Notes: generated by a model from the letters alone, not told the origin. A DNA stretch of 64,000 nt from Azolla caroliniana (GCA_043228905.1 JBHGNT010000022.1:9734001-9798000), one strand, 5' to 3'. Counted from the stretch's first letter, positions 1 to 14,923 are shown. Program-made: numbers and translations.

Positions 1-3000
1 GTTCTATTTTTTTTCTTTTGGGAGGGTCTGGGGGTCTTGCTGTCTTTTCTGATGTTTTGTTTATGGCATATATAGAAAAGATGAGAAAAAAGGATGTGAT
101 TTTATTTTTTTACTTTTCTTGGGTTTTACTGTCTTTTCTAGGGTTTCGGTTCGGGACATATATAAGATCAGATAAAACATATGATTTTATTTTTATTTTG
201 TTTGGGTTTTACTGTCTTTTCTAGATTCTTTTCTGAGACATACATAGGATCTCAAAAAAAACATGGTTTTCAGATATGTAAAATGGATCAGTTGAAAGAC
301 AATTTTGTCCAACTATTTTGTTTTCGCGTCTTTGGTAGGATATTTGAGCCCACACATACAACATTAACTTATTTTCATTCTTTAAGTGTATTACCACGAG
401 GTAACGTTTGAAGCTAAGGTTCTTCACTAAATGCTCTGTTCATTGTCGGTTTTCAGTATTGGCATATATTCTTTGCCATAGTTGAAAACTGGAATGAAAT
501 TTGGCAGTAGGATCTCTTTAAAAGTATTGAAAACTCAGTCTTTTGATTGCTTTATTGTTACTCCAGAATCTGACGAGATGGGGTGGAGCTTTGCTATAAG
601 GACAAGCGTATGTGGATATGGTGAAAGGTATAAAGGAATATCTTTCTCAAACATACCTAGATCTTGAACATGTTTGGACTTATTTCCAAGAAGCTGTAGA
701 AGTGATGATAAGTCTGCTCTCCTCTTCTCCTTTTGAAAAATTTCCAATTTTTTATCATGTGAAAACTTTGTCCTTAATAGAAATTCTCTTCTCCTCGATT
801 TAGTGATGGCATATCACCATAGAATGTAAATTCTTTGGAGGTAAACTAAGGTATCGATATATTTTTTCTTAAATGGAAATACAACTCTTTATACTTGAGC
901 ATTGTTTTTAAGCTTTAGTGTCATAGTGCTGTTTAGGTAACATGGAAGTTTACTTTGATCGCATGAACATGTGTGTTTACTTAGGAAACCATTTTGATCT
1001 CATGAACACGTGCTTCACCATAGGTAATACGATGTGTGTTTTGATGAATGTAAAGACTTTTTAGAAGGAAATGGCTGCTCATCGAGAAAAACAACCTTGT
1101 GGCATGATGTTTCTTCCTGAATCCCTTGATATCAATAAATAAATCCTTCCTAACAAAGGCATATAGGATACGATGTGATCCATCAACAAAAAATTTCGTT
1201 CTATTTTGATGGTAACATCACCCTTTTACTTGACGATGTTATTTTTTTCTTGTACTCTATTTTGCATGGTCATTTCTTCCAACTGTATACAAGATTCTGG
1301 ATTTATTGAATGTTAATGCACTTGCATTACTTGCACTATTTTATTCACTCTTCTTTTCATCACATTCGTATGCCCACATGCTACAAGATACATAGTTCTG
1401 GCCTAACATATGATGGTTTAATTTGAGGGCTAATCATTGAGAAAGTATGTGCTCTTTCCTAGGAACCTACCAATGAGTTACATCAAAAGGCAGTGGAAAT
1501 GGCAATTTAGGTATCTGCACATAGTGGTTCCAAAAAAAAGCAATTTGAAAATTTGAAGTTAAAATTTTTGCCCCAGGTAAAAGTTGTGAACTTTCTTTTT
1601 CTGGTAATCCTGGTTTTGACTTCGATATAGGTTCTAGTGTCACACCAAGAACTCCAAGGTCAGTTGGTTGCCCCAAGGGTGTAGCTTTGATTCATCTTCT
1701 GGAGGTCTTCTGCAGTCTAGCTTCCAAGGTATGGGAAAGGAAACCCTTAATAAATTAGAAGAATTTGCTGTTTGCCAAAGCACAGTGAAAGCATTTGCAT
1801 TTTATCGACATTCATTTAAACTATGCATAAATGTAATGCTTAAGGTTTTGCTTTATACTATCAAGCTCATGGGTTTAAGTCTAAAGCAATAAGTCTCTGC
1901 ATTCTTCATTGTAAAACCAGTCATGTTTTCACTTCGAGATTATTACATCAATAAGTTCATTAACCATTTTCCTCCTAAGAAAAATCCTTTGGGACTTTGA
2001 GATGATTTCACTATTTACAAATTTCCTTAAAGGAAATGGATTTACAAACTCACTTCCTCTACAAAACATTCATATAGTTTGACCTTGAGATCAATCTACC
2101 AATAGCTAGCTAATGATTTTTGTCTATAAGGAAGTGTCATGATCTTGTGTCTAGTAGCATTCACTGTGAAGGGTGTGGCTGTTTCAATTTTCAATTTGTA
2201 GGGTATCATATCTTAGAAACATCTTTTTCATGTCTCAAAAGTTTCCCCTCTTAGCTTTGAAGATGGTACATCCCCGTGCCTCTACTCCATATTGGACTTG
2301 GACTACTATGGCAAGAGAATGTCCGAAAACAAGATTTAGTAACAAAATGAACAAAAATGTGTTAACATTAGGGTTATTATGTAATAAGCTATTTTTTTGT
2401 GTTGTTGTTGTCACATTAGTGGCTAAATCATGGGCATTGTCCATATTTATCCCAATTCCTTCTGAACATGAATTACCATGATGCTAAATTAGCAAAGCAA
2501 ACAAATTTTGAATGATGAAAAGCCAACACATAATATATAATTAACATACTTGATGGATCAAAAGAATCTTAATGTTGAGCTAAATACTTTTATGGAGTAT
2601 AACTTAAATATCTTAATAATCAAGACAAAATAACTCAAATTAAAGTATACGGCCTTTTTTAGAGGAATGAGTAGCGAACTTAGAATTATACACTTATTAT
2701 GGACTTGCTCATTCACTACAACATTTGTACAAAGACTAAGTGCATCTCTTTATCACAGATTTCCTGGCCGAAGGTTTGGTAAACACTTTTGGATATTTGG
2801 ACAAATTCCATGAGCCCTATCGGACAATGCTTATTTTCTCCAATGGACACGACTTTGGGCAATTTGGATCATTTGGACAACCCGCAATAATAAGGTCTTT
2901 TGATCGAAACTAATTGCATGAAATTAGCTTCTTTAAGAAATCCCTTAGGCAATCTCTATTTGATTGTTTGCAACTTAGGGACATCACACTCCAAATTTAC

Positions 3001-5243
3001 AACCTTTACTTTGAGTGCTTTTAAGCTCTTTAGTGTCTAATCGACACTTGTATATTTTTCTTTATTCTTTGTGGGTTTTCACCTCACTTTGAGGTTTCCC
3101 ACTAGTAATAAAAGTGTTACTAAAAAAAAGTTTTCACCATGGTACCATCTTGTGTACAAGGCATATTACTTTACATCATGTGACACTTTTGTCTCATGTG
3201 TATAGATGACCACAAATAGTTAGGAAAAATATGCAAATGGTTCAAAACAACAATTACAAATCTCCACCTTGATAATTAGATTTGTAGCTGTTGGGCCGAA
3301 TCTTGATAGTCATCTAGAATCTTGATTATTGACGTAACATTCATCTTTGATCTATCACAAACCAACTAGTCATTTATAATATCTATCTATGCGCTCATAT
3401 TCAAATGTTATGTGTCCTTCAAAAATGTTTAAGGGTAAATGGGGTTAAAAGACCTCAAGTTGAACTTTCTCTTGAGATAAAGTGCACATAACGTTTTTGG
3501 GTCAAGAAGAAACCAAATTCCTCATCATTTTGCTATTGGTGCCATGTTGATGCTAGAAGCATGCATTGGTAAGTAGTTTTACAAAATACGAGTTCTTGAT
3601 GTTAAGCCATTGTGTAAAAACTACATAATAAATGTACAATATGTGAACATGGTGGTGCTAAAAGGGTGACTTCATGCATGCCCATCAACTTGCTAATACC
3701 AACATGTTAGACATATCATTTAACTCAATGAACAAGACCCCATTTTTGGTAACTATTCTAAGATTCAAACATGTAGGGTTTGAGTTACTATGACCATCCT
3801 TCCTTATCATTACATTATGCCTAAGGCACAGTACTAGAAGCACACCAACTTAATGGAAGGGCATTTAAGAAACGATCTTTTTAAGGATGCAAAAATAAGC
3901 ATCACTAAATTCTACACTTCTTGACACATGAGAATAGATGTTGTTGTGCCGATGCTAGGATGACACATTGCTAAATATATGTAAGTAATGAATGTTTTTT
4001 ACATAGTAAATTATAAGTTAGTGTTATGTTAATGCATGCATGGAAAGTGCAAAGTGAAAGTGCCCATCTTTCTATTGGTAGAGTTGGATTTCAATGACAA
4101 TGTCATTTGTCAAGGGGTCCAAGCCGTCGTATTCCCTATTGATGGCGAGTCGGGCAAGAGAGGTTGTCCAACACTTTCATAACGTTACCCTCAGGTAGTG
4201 TTGATACATACACCTTGCTCCCCTCTCTCAAAAGTACAAACCTCATTAAGAAGCGCACTAGTATCTTAATATGGGTAATCATAGATACATACACTGAACT
4301 ACAAACAAAAGAACTTATCCTTGTTCTATTAATGTGAGTGAAGACAAAACATACAAATGGAGGAGTGATTAGGGTTTGGCTAAATAATGCTTAAAACTAA
4401 TCACTCCACAAATATATATATACGAGAGAGATGGAGATAAAGATTTGTTAAAAGAAATAAGGTTATATTCTTTAGTTTTAAACACCCTATAAGTCTTAGT
4501 CTTTCCAATCTAAAATATTGGTCATAGGCCAAATGTATGTAAGAAACATGACACTGTAATTTGTGGGAACTACCCTTTATTAGGTAGGAATAGTTAGTAA
4601 CCAATGGGCTTGTAATGCGAAACAAACCCTTTATGATTTCTAACTTGTATAAAAGGGCACGAGATCTCATGTAAAAGAGGTGTTTGGATGCCCTAACTTT
4701 GGGGTGATATTTTGGTTCTCATTCTTTCCCTTTTGCATTCACTAAGAGTCACTTTCCTCCATATATCTTTTCCACATTAATATTTTTTACTTAGTAATTA
4801 TATATAGTTAATTGAGACCCTTGTACGTTTCTTATTTAGTAATTATTGATTTAATTAAGATTACCATATATTAGTGTAGTGAGTAAGTGTGTGTTAATTT
4901 TATATTAATCTAATAGGCCTTTGAGGATCTTGTAGTTGCATGAAGTGGAGAGTGTTTTTATTGGTTCATGTATGAGATGGTCTTTGTCATTGGTGAGTGA
5001 CGTCCTCCAATCCCTTGGTTAGCCCATCAAGAGGAAGGTGACCCCTTGAGACTTGATAGTGATCCTTAGAAGTGCAATACTCTTATGGGTTGTGTTGCCC
5101 CCCTTCGCAGAAACACAATTCAAACTATAACTCAAATTACAAGGGAGAAAGAAGACTAAATATTAAACAAGGAGCTAAAAAAGGAAGAAAAGTGACTTTT
5201 ATAATTCACTTACGGAAAGATTGTCGTCTTTCACATTATAGAC

Positions 5244-5633
5244 TGTAAAGAATCAAGAGATGGATTCTTATGAAGCCGAAGAGATATGAGTTATGTGTGT
5301 GTATGAGAGAGAGAGAGTGAGAGAGAGACAAGGAATAAGACACAGAGAATATGCAAGGTTAAGTATATTAACAAAGGAGAAAGACTCAACATTATACAAG
5401 GTGGGAGGAGAGTGCTTTATGTAGTCACCCTCTCTCTTCATTAACTACAAGCCCCATGGAGCATGGGGAATGTGAAAGCTCATAAGTTATGTGTCATAGA
5501 ATATGATTCTATGACTCATACTAAATGCTAGAATACAAAGTGGTGACATAATGGTGACTCTTGACCGTTGGAGTGTCTCTTCACTCTCAAGGTGAGTTCA
5601 CACACTAGACCAAGTTGAGCTTGATTCTCAACA
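5244..5633 (-). repeat. 3' LTR of copia element
   Basis: TG...CA termini; direct repeat of 10302-10695; adjacent to the PPT. Confidence 0.95.
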
Positions 5634-5853
5634 CGCCCCCTTAAGCTCAAGCCGGGTCGGTTTTAGACGGTATCCGAAATCCGCTTCAACTCTCGTTCCG
5701 GAGTCCGCGTCGGCTCGCTTTATGCGGAGTTGCGGAATCCGTGCTCCAACTTGCGTTGTGCGAAGTCTGTGTTTCGGCTTGCGTCTTTCTTCGCGGCTTT
5801 GCGCGGTAGATCGGCTCTTCGCTGCTTCGTTGTGTGGTTGCGGAATCCACGCG

Positions 5854-8800
5854 TTATTGCGTAGTGTCTTCAGTACTCCCCCTCAAGCTTGGCAGGTCAG
5901 GGATCGTCAATCCGAGATCGGTCATGAATTGCCACAGCTTGTCGGCTCCTAAGGCTTTAGTGAAGATGTCGGCCGTTTGAAGATTGGTGCTAATGTGTTG
6001 TAGGTTGACATCGCCAGCTAGAACGCGCTCTCGGATGAAGTGATAGTGCACTTCGATGTGCTTTGTCCGCACGTGGAACATCGGGTTCCAAGCCAGATAG
6101 ATGTTGCTCATGTTGTCACAGTAAAGGGAAGTCAGATCCTTGATGGGTACGCCCAGATCCGTTAAAATCTTCTTGAGCCATACGACTTCACATGCAGCTA
6201 CGGCTGCGCCCCTATATTCCGCCTCCGTACTCGAAAGAGCGACGGTGGGCTGCTTCTTGCTACTCCAGGATATTGCTCCATTGCCGAGGGAGAAAACAAA
6301 TCCGAAGGTTGATCTTCTATCAGCTTTGTAGCCGGCCCAATTAGCGTCTGTGTACCCCTCGAGTCGTATTGGCATCACAGTCTCGTAGAGGATGCCGCAA
6401 TCCATTGTGCCGCTCACGTATCGTAGAACTTGCTTAGCGCAATCCAAGTGAGTATCACGTGGTGTTTGCATGAATTGGCTAAGGAGACCGGCCGGATAAC
6501 TGAGATCGGGTCGAGTGATCGTGAGGTAGATGAGACTCTCGATGAGTTGCCGATACTGAGTCGGCTCACACGCTTTGGTGCCGGAGTTCGCATCTAGTTT
6601 GAGATTACGATCGAGCGGGGTTGCCACAGATTTGCACTCAGCCATCCCGAACTTGTATAATAAGTTGAGGATGTAGTGCCGTTGAGAGATCATGATTCCG
6701 GCTGGAGTTCGAATTACCTCGATGCCGAGGAAGTAGTGGAGCTCCTTCATGTCCGTCATCTCGAACTTGTCAGAAAGGAGGGATTTGACTTTATTGATTT
6801 CGACGAGATGCTCACCTCCAATGATTAGGTCATCCACATATAAAATGATGACGATCGGACTTGCGGAATCGCTTCGTATGTAGAGGGAGTTGTCCGATTT
6901 TGACATACGAAAGCCGATTTCATGAAGATATTGCGTTATCTTCGAATGCCAAGCACGCGGTGCTTGCTTGAGGCCGTAGAGTGGCTTCTTGAGTCGGCAT
7001 ACGGCTTTTGGATGAGTGCTCGAGTTGAAACCAGGTGGTTGGATCATGTAGACCTCCTCTTCTAATTCACCTTGTAGAAAGGCGTTCTTGACGTCCATTT
7101 GATGGAGGTGCCACCCTTTGGCCGCGGCAATCGCAATTACGGTCCGCACCGTCGTCATCTTTGCCACCGGGGCAAAGGTCTCTTCGTAGTCGACGCCATG
7201 CGTTTGAGCGTATCCTTTTGCTACGAGTCGAGCTTTGTAGCGGTTTACGGAGCCATCAACGTTATACTTCACCTTGTAGATCCATCTGCATCCGATCTCC
7301 TTTTTGTGTGATGAAGTGGAAACGAGATCCCACGTCTCGTTCTTCCGTAGTGCCTGCATCTCCTCGTTCATTGCTTCGATCCATCGCGGCTTCCGAAAAG
7401 GTTTCCGGCTCCCGTACTGTCGCTACCTTCATCATAAAGGCGTAATGGTACGCCATATAATCATTGTAGCCGAATTGGCTTACGGGGTTCTTTTCACAGG
7501 TGGATCGGCAGAGTTTTTCATTTGGAGAGATGAGGGCTTTCTTAGCTCCGATTGGTACCTCGAAACCGCCGAACTCACTGTCGAGTGAGTGAGTCGATTC
7601 ATCATCATCGAAGCGATCGTCTTCATATTCCGCCATTTTCGCCTTGCCTTTGTCCATCTTCGGGCTAGGCCGTGATGTGCTTTGATCACTCAAAGGCTCT
7701 TGTGGTCCGCTCAGTCGGGTCGTGATCGGACTTTCTTCGAACATGCGCGTAAGGTGATCTTCATCCTCTATCTCTTGTTCGGTGGATTCTGGGTCGAGCG
7801 GGGTCGGAGTCGAAGTTGTCTCTGGTGCGTACCAAGATGCGGACTCGTCAAAGACGACGTCTCGACTTACTCGAGATTTTCGAGTTGAGGGGTTGTAGCA
7901 CTTGTACCCCTTTTGCTCCAGTGAGTATCCTACGAGGATACATTTCTCCGACTTCGGGTCGAGCTTTTGACGCTTCTCGTTGGGGATGTGCACGTATGCA
8001 ATGGAGCCGAATATCCGAACATGTGATAGGTTCGGCTTCTTTCTGAGTGACCTCGTGCACGCCGGATGTTGTACACCGGTTCATTAGGTAGACGGCCGTA
8101 TTTGCCGCTTCGGCCCAGTATGACTTGGGCATATGATTCTCGATCATCATGGCCTGCGCTACTTCGAGGATGTGCCAATTTTTGCGCTCGGCTACACCGT
8201 TTTGTTTGGGAGTGTGTCGGCAAGTGAATTCTCACCAAATTCCTTCCTTTCGGAGATACGTCGTGAAATCGTCCGAGAAGTACTCCTTGCCGCCATCCGA
8301 TCGAAGGCATCGTACATGTCGGCCCGTGGCTTTCTCGACTTCATTCTTGAAATTTTGGAAGTGTCCGAACACTTCGCTCTTTTGCCGCATCGGGTAGATC
8401 CAAGTGTGCCTAGAAAAGTCGTCGATGAAGAGCACGTAATATCGGCATCCGCCGAATATCGCCATTTGAGCCGGACCCCATACATCGGAATGAATTACGT
8501 CGAGTACGCCTTTGCTCACATTCCGCTCCTTCGGAAATGGGTGTTGGTGTTGCTTGCCGAATTGGCACGCTTCGCATACACCTTCAATCTCCTTCTCTTT
8601 GAATGTCGGGAGTCCGATGACGACTCCTTTCGATTTCATTGCTTTGAATTTGTTGAGATTGATGTGGCCGATTCGCTTATGCCATAGCTCTATGTCGGAG
8701 TTGGCTTTCGTGCTTTTCGCGAACATGGCGGATTTCATCTCGTGCGAATCGAGAATGAACATCCGGCCCTCTCTTCTTCCGCGTTCGATGATTCGGCCTT

Positions 8801-10130
8801 CTTTTTCGATGAAGCACCCTTCTTGGTCAAATCGTACTTGCATCCCTTGCTCAACCATTTGGCCGACTGAGACCAAATTCTTTGTGATGGTGGGTACATG
8901 CAAGACATTTTTAATGTATGTTTGCTTACCTCTTTCGCCGAACGGAACATTGCCGATGTGCCGAATCGGGTGCGTAGTATCATCTCCGGTTTCGACATAA
9001 CCGGGTCGCTCAGGCTCTCGAAGTTCGAGAAACCATTCTTTGTGGGATGTCATATGGTTTGAGGCTCCAAAGTCAACAAACCATACGTCCTCCGAATTGA
9101 GGGCACTAGTTGAGGTAGAGGCCGACATAGACTTTGCTCTATGTTTCATCATGAACATTCCGCCACGTTCGAAGTTGTATGCGTACATTCCACCACGATC
9201 CTCGTAGTCGGAGTTGTGCCCGTACATTTCGCTATACTCTTCGTAGTCGGAATTGTGCGCGTAATTCGTGAGTTGTCGGCTTGTGGAAGCCGATACACGA
9301 ATCTTCTTTTGGCACTCTTCTTCGTGGTGGCCGAGCTTTCCGCAATATCCACATTCGGTTGTGTTTTGATGGCTCGGGCCGGAGTGGAAGCTCCTCCTTC
9401 TTGCGAAGGTTCCTCGTTGGCCTCCGTTTTGCGGCCGAAATTGGGAGTTGTTGTCGTAGGTCGGACCTCGTCCGCCTTGTCCTTGGCCGAATCGGCCTCT
9501 CACTCGTCCGCGTCCTCTTCCTCCATTAGAGTGTGTGTAGAGCATGTGGCCTTCCGACTCATTGCTCCTTGTACGCACGTGGTTTTCTTCGACCAATAAC
9601 ATTGATTGGAGCTCGAAGGAGGGAGATTTCTCCCATGCTAGAACGGCAGTTCGCATCGCGCCGAACTGTGGTGCGAGGCCGCCGAGGCATATTTGCACCA
9701 TCTCATCATCATCTATACTTACTCTTATTGAGCCGAGCGAGTCGCAAAGCTCCTTGATCTTCAAGGTGTATGTTGTGATGGACATATCCATTTGTTGAAT
9801 GTTGTTCAACTCTTGGTGGAGTTGAAGCTTCCTCGCGGTCGTGTTGGCGGCGAAAATCTTTCGTAGGTTTTCCCACGCGTCCTTCGGCGTCTTGGCTTCA
9901 CGAATGTAACCGAGTATGTGTTCGTGAACACATGTCGCCAAACAATACATCACGCGGCTTGCGGCTTGCTCCCATGTCGCGTATCCGGGAGCCGCTTCGG
10001 CGGGTCGATCTTCATGCGCTCCTTTGATGTAGCTCCAATAGCCTTGTCCGACAAGGTATTGGTGCATCTTGTACTCCCAAGATGCGAAGTTGTTTCAATC
10101 CAACTTCTTGGTAGGGAGAGCGTTCCCCAT
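5854..10130 (-). pseudogene. Copia gag-pol polyprotein, disrupted
   Basis: Gag (MHQYLVGQGYW; CCHC CGYCGKLGHHEEEC), protease WFVDFGASNHM, GAG-pre-integrase WHKRIGH..CEAC, integrase (HSDVWGP, LRSDGGKEY), RT (YKARLVAKG, QMDVKNAFL, LYVDDL), RNase H (SWSSKKQ, TKHIEVHYHFIRE). Stops at about 10095 and 8232; frameshifting deletions near 8045 and 7380. Confidence 0.95.
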
Positions 10131-10301
10131 TTGAGTATTCATTATGTCAATTCTTCTACTTCTTCTCCTCTCTTCGAATGCGAGCTATGTAGCGAAGCTA
10201 CGATAGCGATGAGCCGGTTCTTGGTCGTCGGCGTGGAGCACAACACACGATCACGATGAGGCGAATGTGCTAGATCGAGCTACCAAATCGCTCTGATACC
10301 A

Positions 10302-10695
10302 TGTAAAGAATCAAGAGATGGATTCTTGTGAAGCCGAAGAGATATGAGTTATGTGTGTGTATGAGAGAGAGAGAGAAAGTGAGAGAGAGACAAGGAATAA
10401 GACACAGAGAATACGCAAGGTTAAGTATATTAACAAAGGAGAAAGACTCAACATTATACAAGGTGGGAGGAGGGTGCTTTATGTAGTCACCCTCTCTCTT
10501 CATTAACTACAAGCCCCATGGAGCATGGGGAATGTGAAAGCTCATAAGTTATGTGTCATAGAATATGATTCTATGACTCATACTAAATGCTAGAATACAA
10601 AGTGGTGACATAATGGTGACTCTTGACCGTTGGAGTGTCTCTTCACTCTCAAGGTGAGTTCACACACTAGACCAAGTTGAGCTTGATTCTCAACA
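10302..10695 (-). repeat. 5' LTR of copia element
   Basis: TG...CA termini; abuts the Met-i PBS; followed on the + strand by TSD TAGAC. Confidence 0.95.
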
Positions 10696-13600
10696 TAGAC
10701 CCTCTAAAAACTTCGAGGGGTTTCAACCTTATTTCAAGGAGCATCATTATGGTTGTAAGCATATCTTTTCTACCTTTTTGATAATGGTTCATATAGAAGG
10801 ATGATCGATGTATGTGCTCGACTTATGGTTAGCAAGGATGTCAATGTCTATGCATTTAAAACAATTCACATGTTTGATAACTTTGGTTTTTTAAGTGACA
10901 CGAGGATAAACGTACTTCTCTTTACAAAAAAATTCAATGAAAAGGACTCCCTCTTTGCAAAAGTCCTAAACAATGCGAAAGAAGTGTCAAAGGGTGTTAA
11001 AGCGCATGAGAAGAGCAACCTAGCTCACTGTCTGCATAAAGAACTACCACAATCATATATTTGCCTAAGGTTAATGATTTTGTGGTACTTGCATGGTGAA
11101 ATCTTTTAAGTGATTTATGCATCAGCCAAATAATAGTGAGAATCCTCACCTTACCTTATGATTTCTTCCTCGCTGTTAGGGAGGTAACGTGATACGTTTG
11201 TCATTTAGTACAAGGTTAGGTAGGAGAGACATGCAAATTTTGTTTTTCTAGGGGAGAGATGCAACCCACGTTGAAGTGTATGTCTCTCACTCATGAATTA
11301 AGGTCTCCCATGCCGATCGTTATGTTTTTTTTTTGTACCCAAAATTAATTTGCATCTTCTTGCATAGATTGGTGAAAGGGTAACCATAGTTTGTCACTCG
11401 AAAGCCCAACAATACCTCCCCTCTCCCTCTGTATCCATTGAACAATCTTGGCCCATAAAGGAGTAGGTGATGACAATATGGTAGTTGTGTTGTGTGTTGG
11501 CAATGCGCAACCATTATTATGTTTTCCCATGCTCTTGTGAAGAAACTGGATGACGTCTTCGTGCAGTGCATCGAAGGTGGTGTCATCGCGTGGTGGGCGC
11601 GTGTCGTCCCAATTGTTTCGGTCTGACATTCTGGGAGCCACCATTTTTTCAACGATGCAATCTAGAAACAATCAGTGAAGGATCATAAGAGACTGGCCTA
11701 CAATCATAGTTGAGTCAAGGGTTTGAGGATGGGAGAAGAAGATGGGTGGAATAGATGATCGTATTCTTACCTAAAGAGGAGGTTGAATTTAGGTCGGAGG
11801 TTCATTGTCTCTCTGTGATCTGCAAAGTGGTGGGAGCTCGGCCGAACAGAGGCATTGTCAGTCGCACGTAGGAATATTGAAGTACTTGTCAATACTTCTG
11901 TCAGTCCGTTATGGACTTGTATAAATAGTATTGTTTAGCACGTTGTATGTACAAAGTCGCAGAGTGTTTTTTTATCTTTGAATCTATGTTTATGTTTTGC
12001 TCTCTCTGTCTCTCTTGCGTATACTCTCTGTGTATTAAGCTTCTCCATTAAACCTCCATCCTATTCTCTGTTGCTATCCGGCTGAGCCAGTTCTGTCTAA
12101 CGCTTCCGCACGTTAACATTCACATGGTATCAGAGCGCGAGGGTTGAGAACCTCTGTAGCTGACACTTGCTTTCGTAGACGAACCCTAGAACCCGGTAAC
12201 AACATACAAAGAGAAGATATGGATAGAAGATATGGATAGAGGAATGGCGAGTTCACTTCCAACAGAGAAGCTCGATCGGAGCAACTATGCGTCCTGGTCA
12301 TACAAGATGCACCAGTACCTGTTGGGGCATGGATATTGGAGCTTCGTGGAAGGAAGGAACGAGGTAGTGCCGAAGCCAGCACACGAGGACTTCCCAATAT
12401 GGGAGCAAGGAGCGAGCCGAGTATTGTACTGCCTTGCATCCTATGTGCACGACCAGATGCTTGGCTACATAAAGGATGCAAAAACGTTGAAGCAGGCTTG
12501 GGGAAATCTGAGGAAGATATTCGCCGCGAGTACCACAACCCGTAAGTTGCAGCTCCGGCAAGAACTGAACAACATCCGGCAAAGAGACATGTCGGTTACG
12601 GACTACACCACCAAGATAAAGGAGATTTGTGACGCACTCGGGTCCATCAACGTGACGGTGGATGAAGAAGAGATGGTACAAATCTGCCTCGGTGGTCTAA
12701 CGCAAAGGTACAGGCCAATCCAGACAGTGATCTGCACCCGGGAGAAGCCACCAACTTTTTTCGACTTGCAATCGATGCTAATGATCGAAGAAAACCACGC
12801 AAGTGGGTTGAGGACCACTCAATCGGACGACCGGATGCTATACATAGAGACAGATCGGCCCCATGGACGTGGTGGACGAGGTGGGTCGGCATGCAATGGA
12901 GGCGGCCAGCAAGAGCAGGACTGGAGGCACAGAGGTAGTGCGGACATCAGTTGCGGACCCTCCACAAGGTAGGGGGAGTCAAAGCGGCGCCGGAAGCCGA
13001 CACGGAATGCTGGTACTGTGGCAAGAAGGGCCACAGGGAAAGCGAGTGCTAGAAGAAGCGCGTTGATTCGGACAAATCCGGATTTGGGAAAATCGGTTGG
13101 GAAAATCGGCAAAGCTCGCACTACGTGGAAGGATCGGAGGGATCCGGAACCGGGAAAACCGGAAAGGGGCCAACCTTCGTGATGAAGTACAAGGCTAACT
13201 CGATGAAGTAGACTACTTCCAAATCGGAGGAAGTATGGTACGTTGATTCCGGAGCGTCCAACCACATGACGAGCCATGAAGAGTGGTTCTCGTTTTTGGA
13301 AAAACCAGATCAACTGGGGATTGTCGAAACCGAAGACGACACCCCTCACCCGATTGTGCATGTCGGAGAAGTCCCTTTAAGCCATGTTGGACAAAAGGGG
13401 AAGCTAATGAACGTACTACACGTTCCAACTATCACAAAGAACCTGGTGTCGGTTGGACAAATCGTCGACTAGGGGATGCAAGTGCGGTTTACGCACCTTG
13501 AGTGCTTCATCGAGGAAGACGACCGGATAATCACGCAAGGGCGTAGGGAAGGGAGGATGTTCATCCTCAACACAAATGACGTTGGCACTACCATGTTTGC

Positions 13601-14923
13601 CAAAGGACAGAAGATTGAATCAGACATCGATCTTTGGCATAAGTGGATCAGCCACGTCAACTACCGGAGGCTTCAAAACCTGCAATAGAAGCATGTTGTG
13701 TTTGGTTTGCCGAAATTCAGTGGCCGGAAGGCCCAAGTTTGTGAAACCTGCCAACTCAGGAAGCAACACCGGCTTCCATTTCCCACCGAACGAAACCGGA
13801 GCCGTAACAAGCTCGATCTAATCCATTTAGATGTATGGGGACCGGTACAAAATGTTAGTCTTGGTAGGACTCGATACTTCGTCTCCTTCATCGACAGCTA
13901 TAACCGGCACACATGGATCTACCTCATTGAGAGGAAGAGCGAAGACTTCAAATGTTTCCGAAACCTTCAAAGCTTAGTTGAACGGGAAACAGAGAGGAAG
14001 ATCAAGTGCTTGCGGTCGGATGGTGGAAAAGAATACTTTTCTGACCAATTCAACAGTTATTTGCTGCAGAACGGAATTCAGAGAGAATTCAGCTGTAGAT
14101 ACACACCGGAGCAAAATGGTGTGGCCGAAAGGAAGAACCGGTCGATTGTTGACATGGCAAGGGCAATGCTAGAGGAGAAGAGCATGCCCCAATTCTATTG
14201 GGTTGAGGCGGTCCGGATGGCCGTCTACATCCAAAATCGGATCGGAGACAAGGTGTCAGCACATGAGCTATATTTCGGGCGGAAGCCGAATTTGAGGCAC
14301 CTTCGGATATTCGGTAGCATAGCATATGTGCATGTACCGGATGAGAAGCGAAGGAAGCTGAATACGAAGTCGGAGAAGTGCATTCTAGTTGACTACTCGC
14401 ATGAACAAAAGGGGTATAAGTGTTATAACCCTCAGACTAAACAGGTTTGAGTAAAAGTCAAGATGTCGAGTTTGATGAGACAACATCATGGTACTCCCTA
14501 TCGACTCCAACTCCCGACGACGACCCAATCCCAGAGGATGAGGCCAGTGAGCCTGAACCGGTCCAGATAGAAGATGACGAGCTTGAGACTCTAGAAGAAA
14601 GTTAGGAATCGTTTCGGTTCAGCAGATCGAACGTGTGACTGGGTCAAAGTGACCAGTCAGATGAAGAACCGCCGAGTAGTGGAGACTCTGTCGTGCTCTC
14701 CCCGCGCAAGGAACTGAGGAGACCGTTCACGCACAAAGAAAAAGGGAAGCAAAAAATGTCAGAATACGAAGCCGACAACATTGAGTCGAATCAGAGCAAA
14801 TCCGACTCCGGAAAGGATGAAGGCGGATCTTCGGGAACGAAGTCCGCACCGGCCAAGAAGGTCCCCAAATCGGGTGATGACAAGTTACGCCGGTCTTCCC
14901 GCCAGAAGAATCCCGTTACGCGG

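Larger units (their letters stand above)
5244..10695 (-). mobile_element. Full-length Ty1/copia LTR retrotransposon (coding region disrupted)
   Basis: Near-identical LTRs at 5244-5633 and 10302-10695 (TG...CA; about 3 substitutions plus a GA-tract indel by eye). 5-bp TSD TAGAC at 5239-5243 and 10696-10700. tRNA-iMet PBS TGGTATCAGAGC on the - strand (10290-10301). PPT complement cgcccccttaagctc at 5634-5648. Domain order gag-PR-INT-RT-RH. Confidence 0.97.

Noticed and set aside
1-5243. Short ORFs and an LTR-like stretch (TATAAAAG at about 4648, ending near 5108)
   Set aside because: No recognisable protein motifs and no definable termini or TSD. Probably old TE debris that cannot be supported as a feature.
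11320-11671. Overlapping ~110-aa ORFs between the two copia elements
   Set aside because: No recognisable motif or splice structure; insufficient support.
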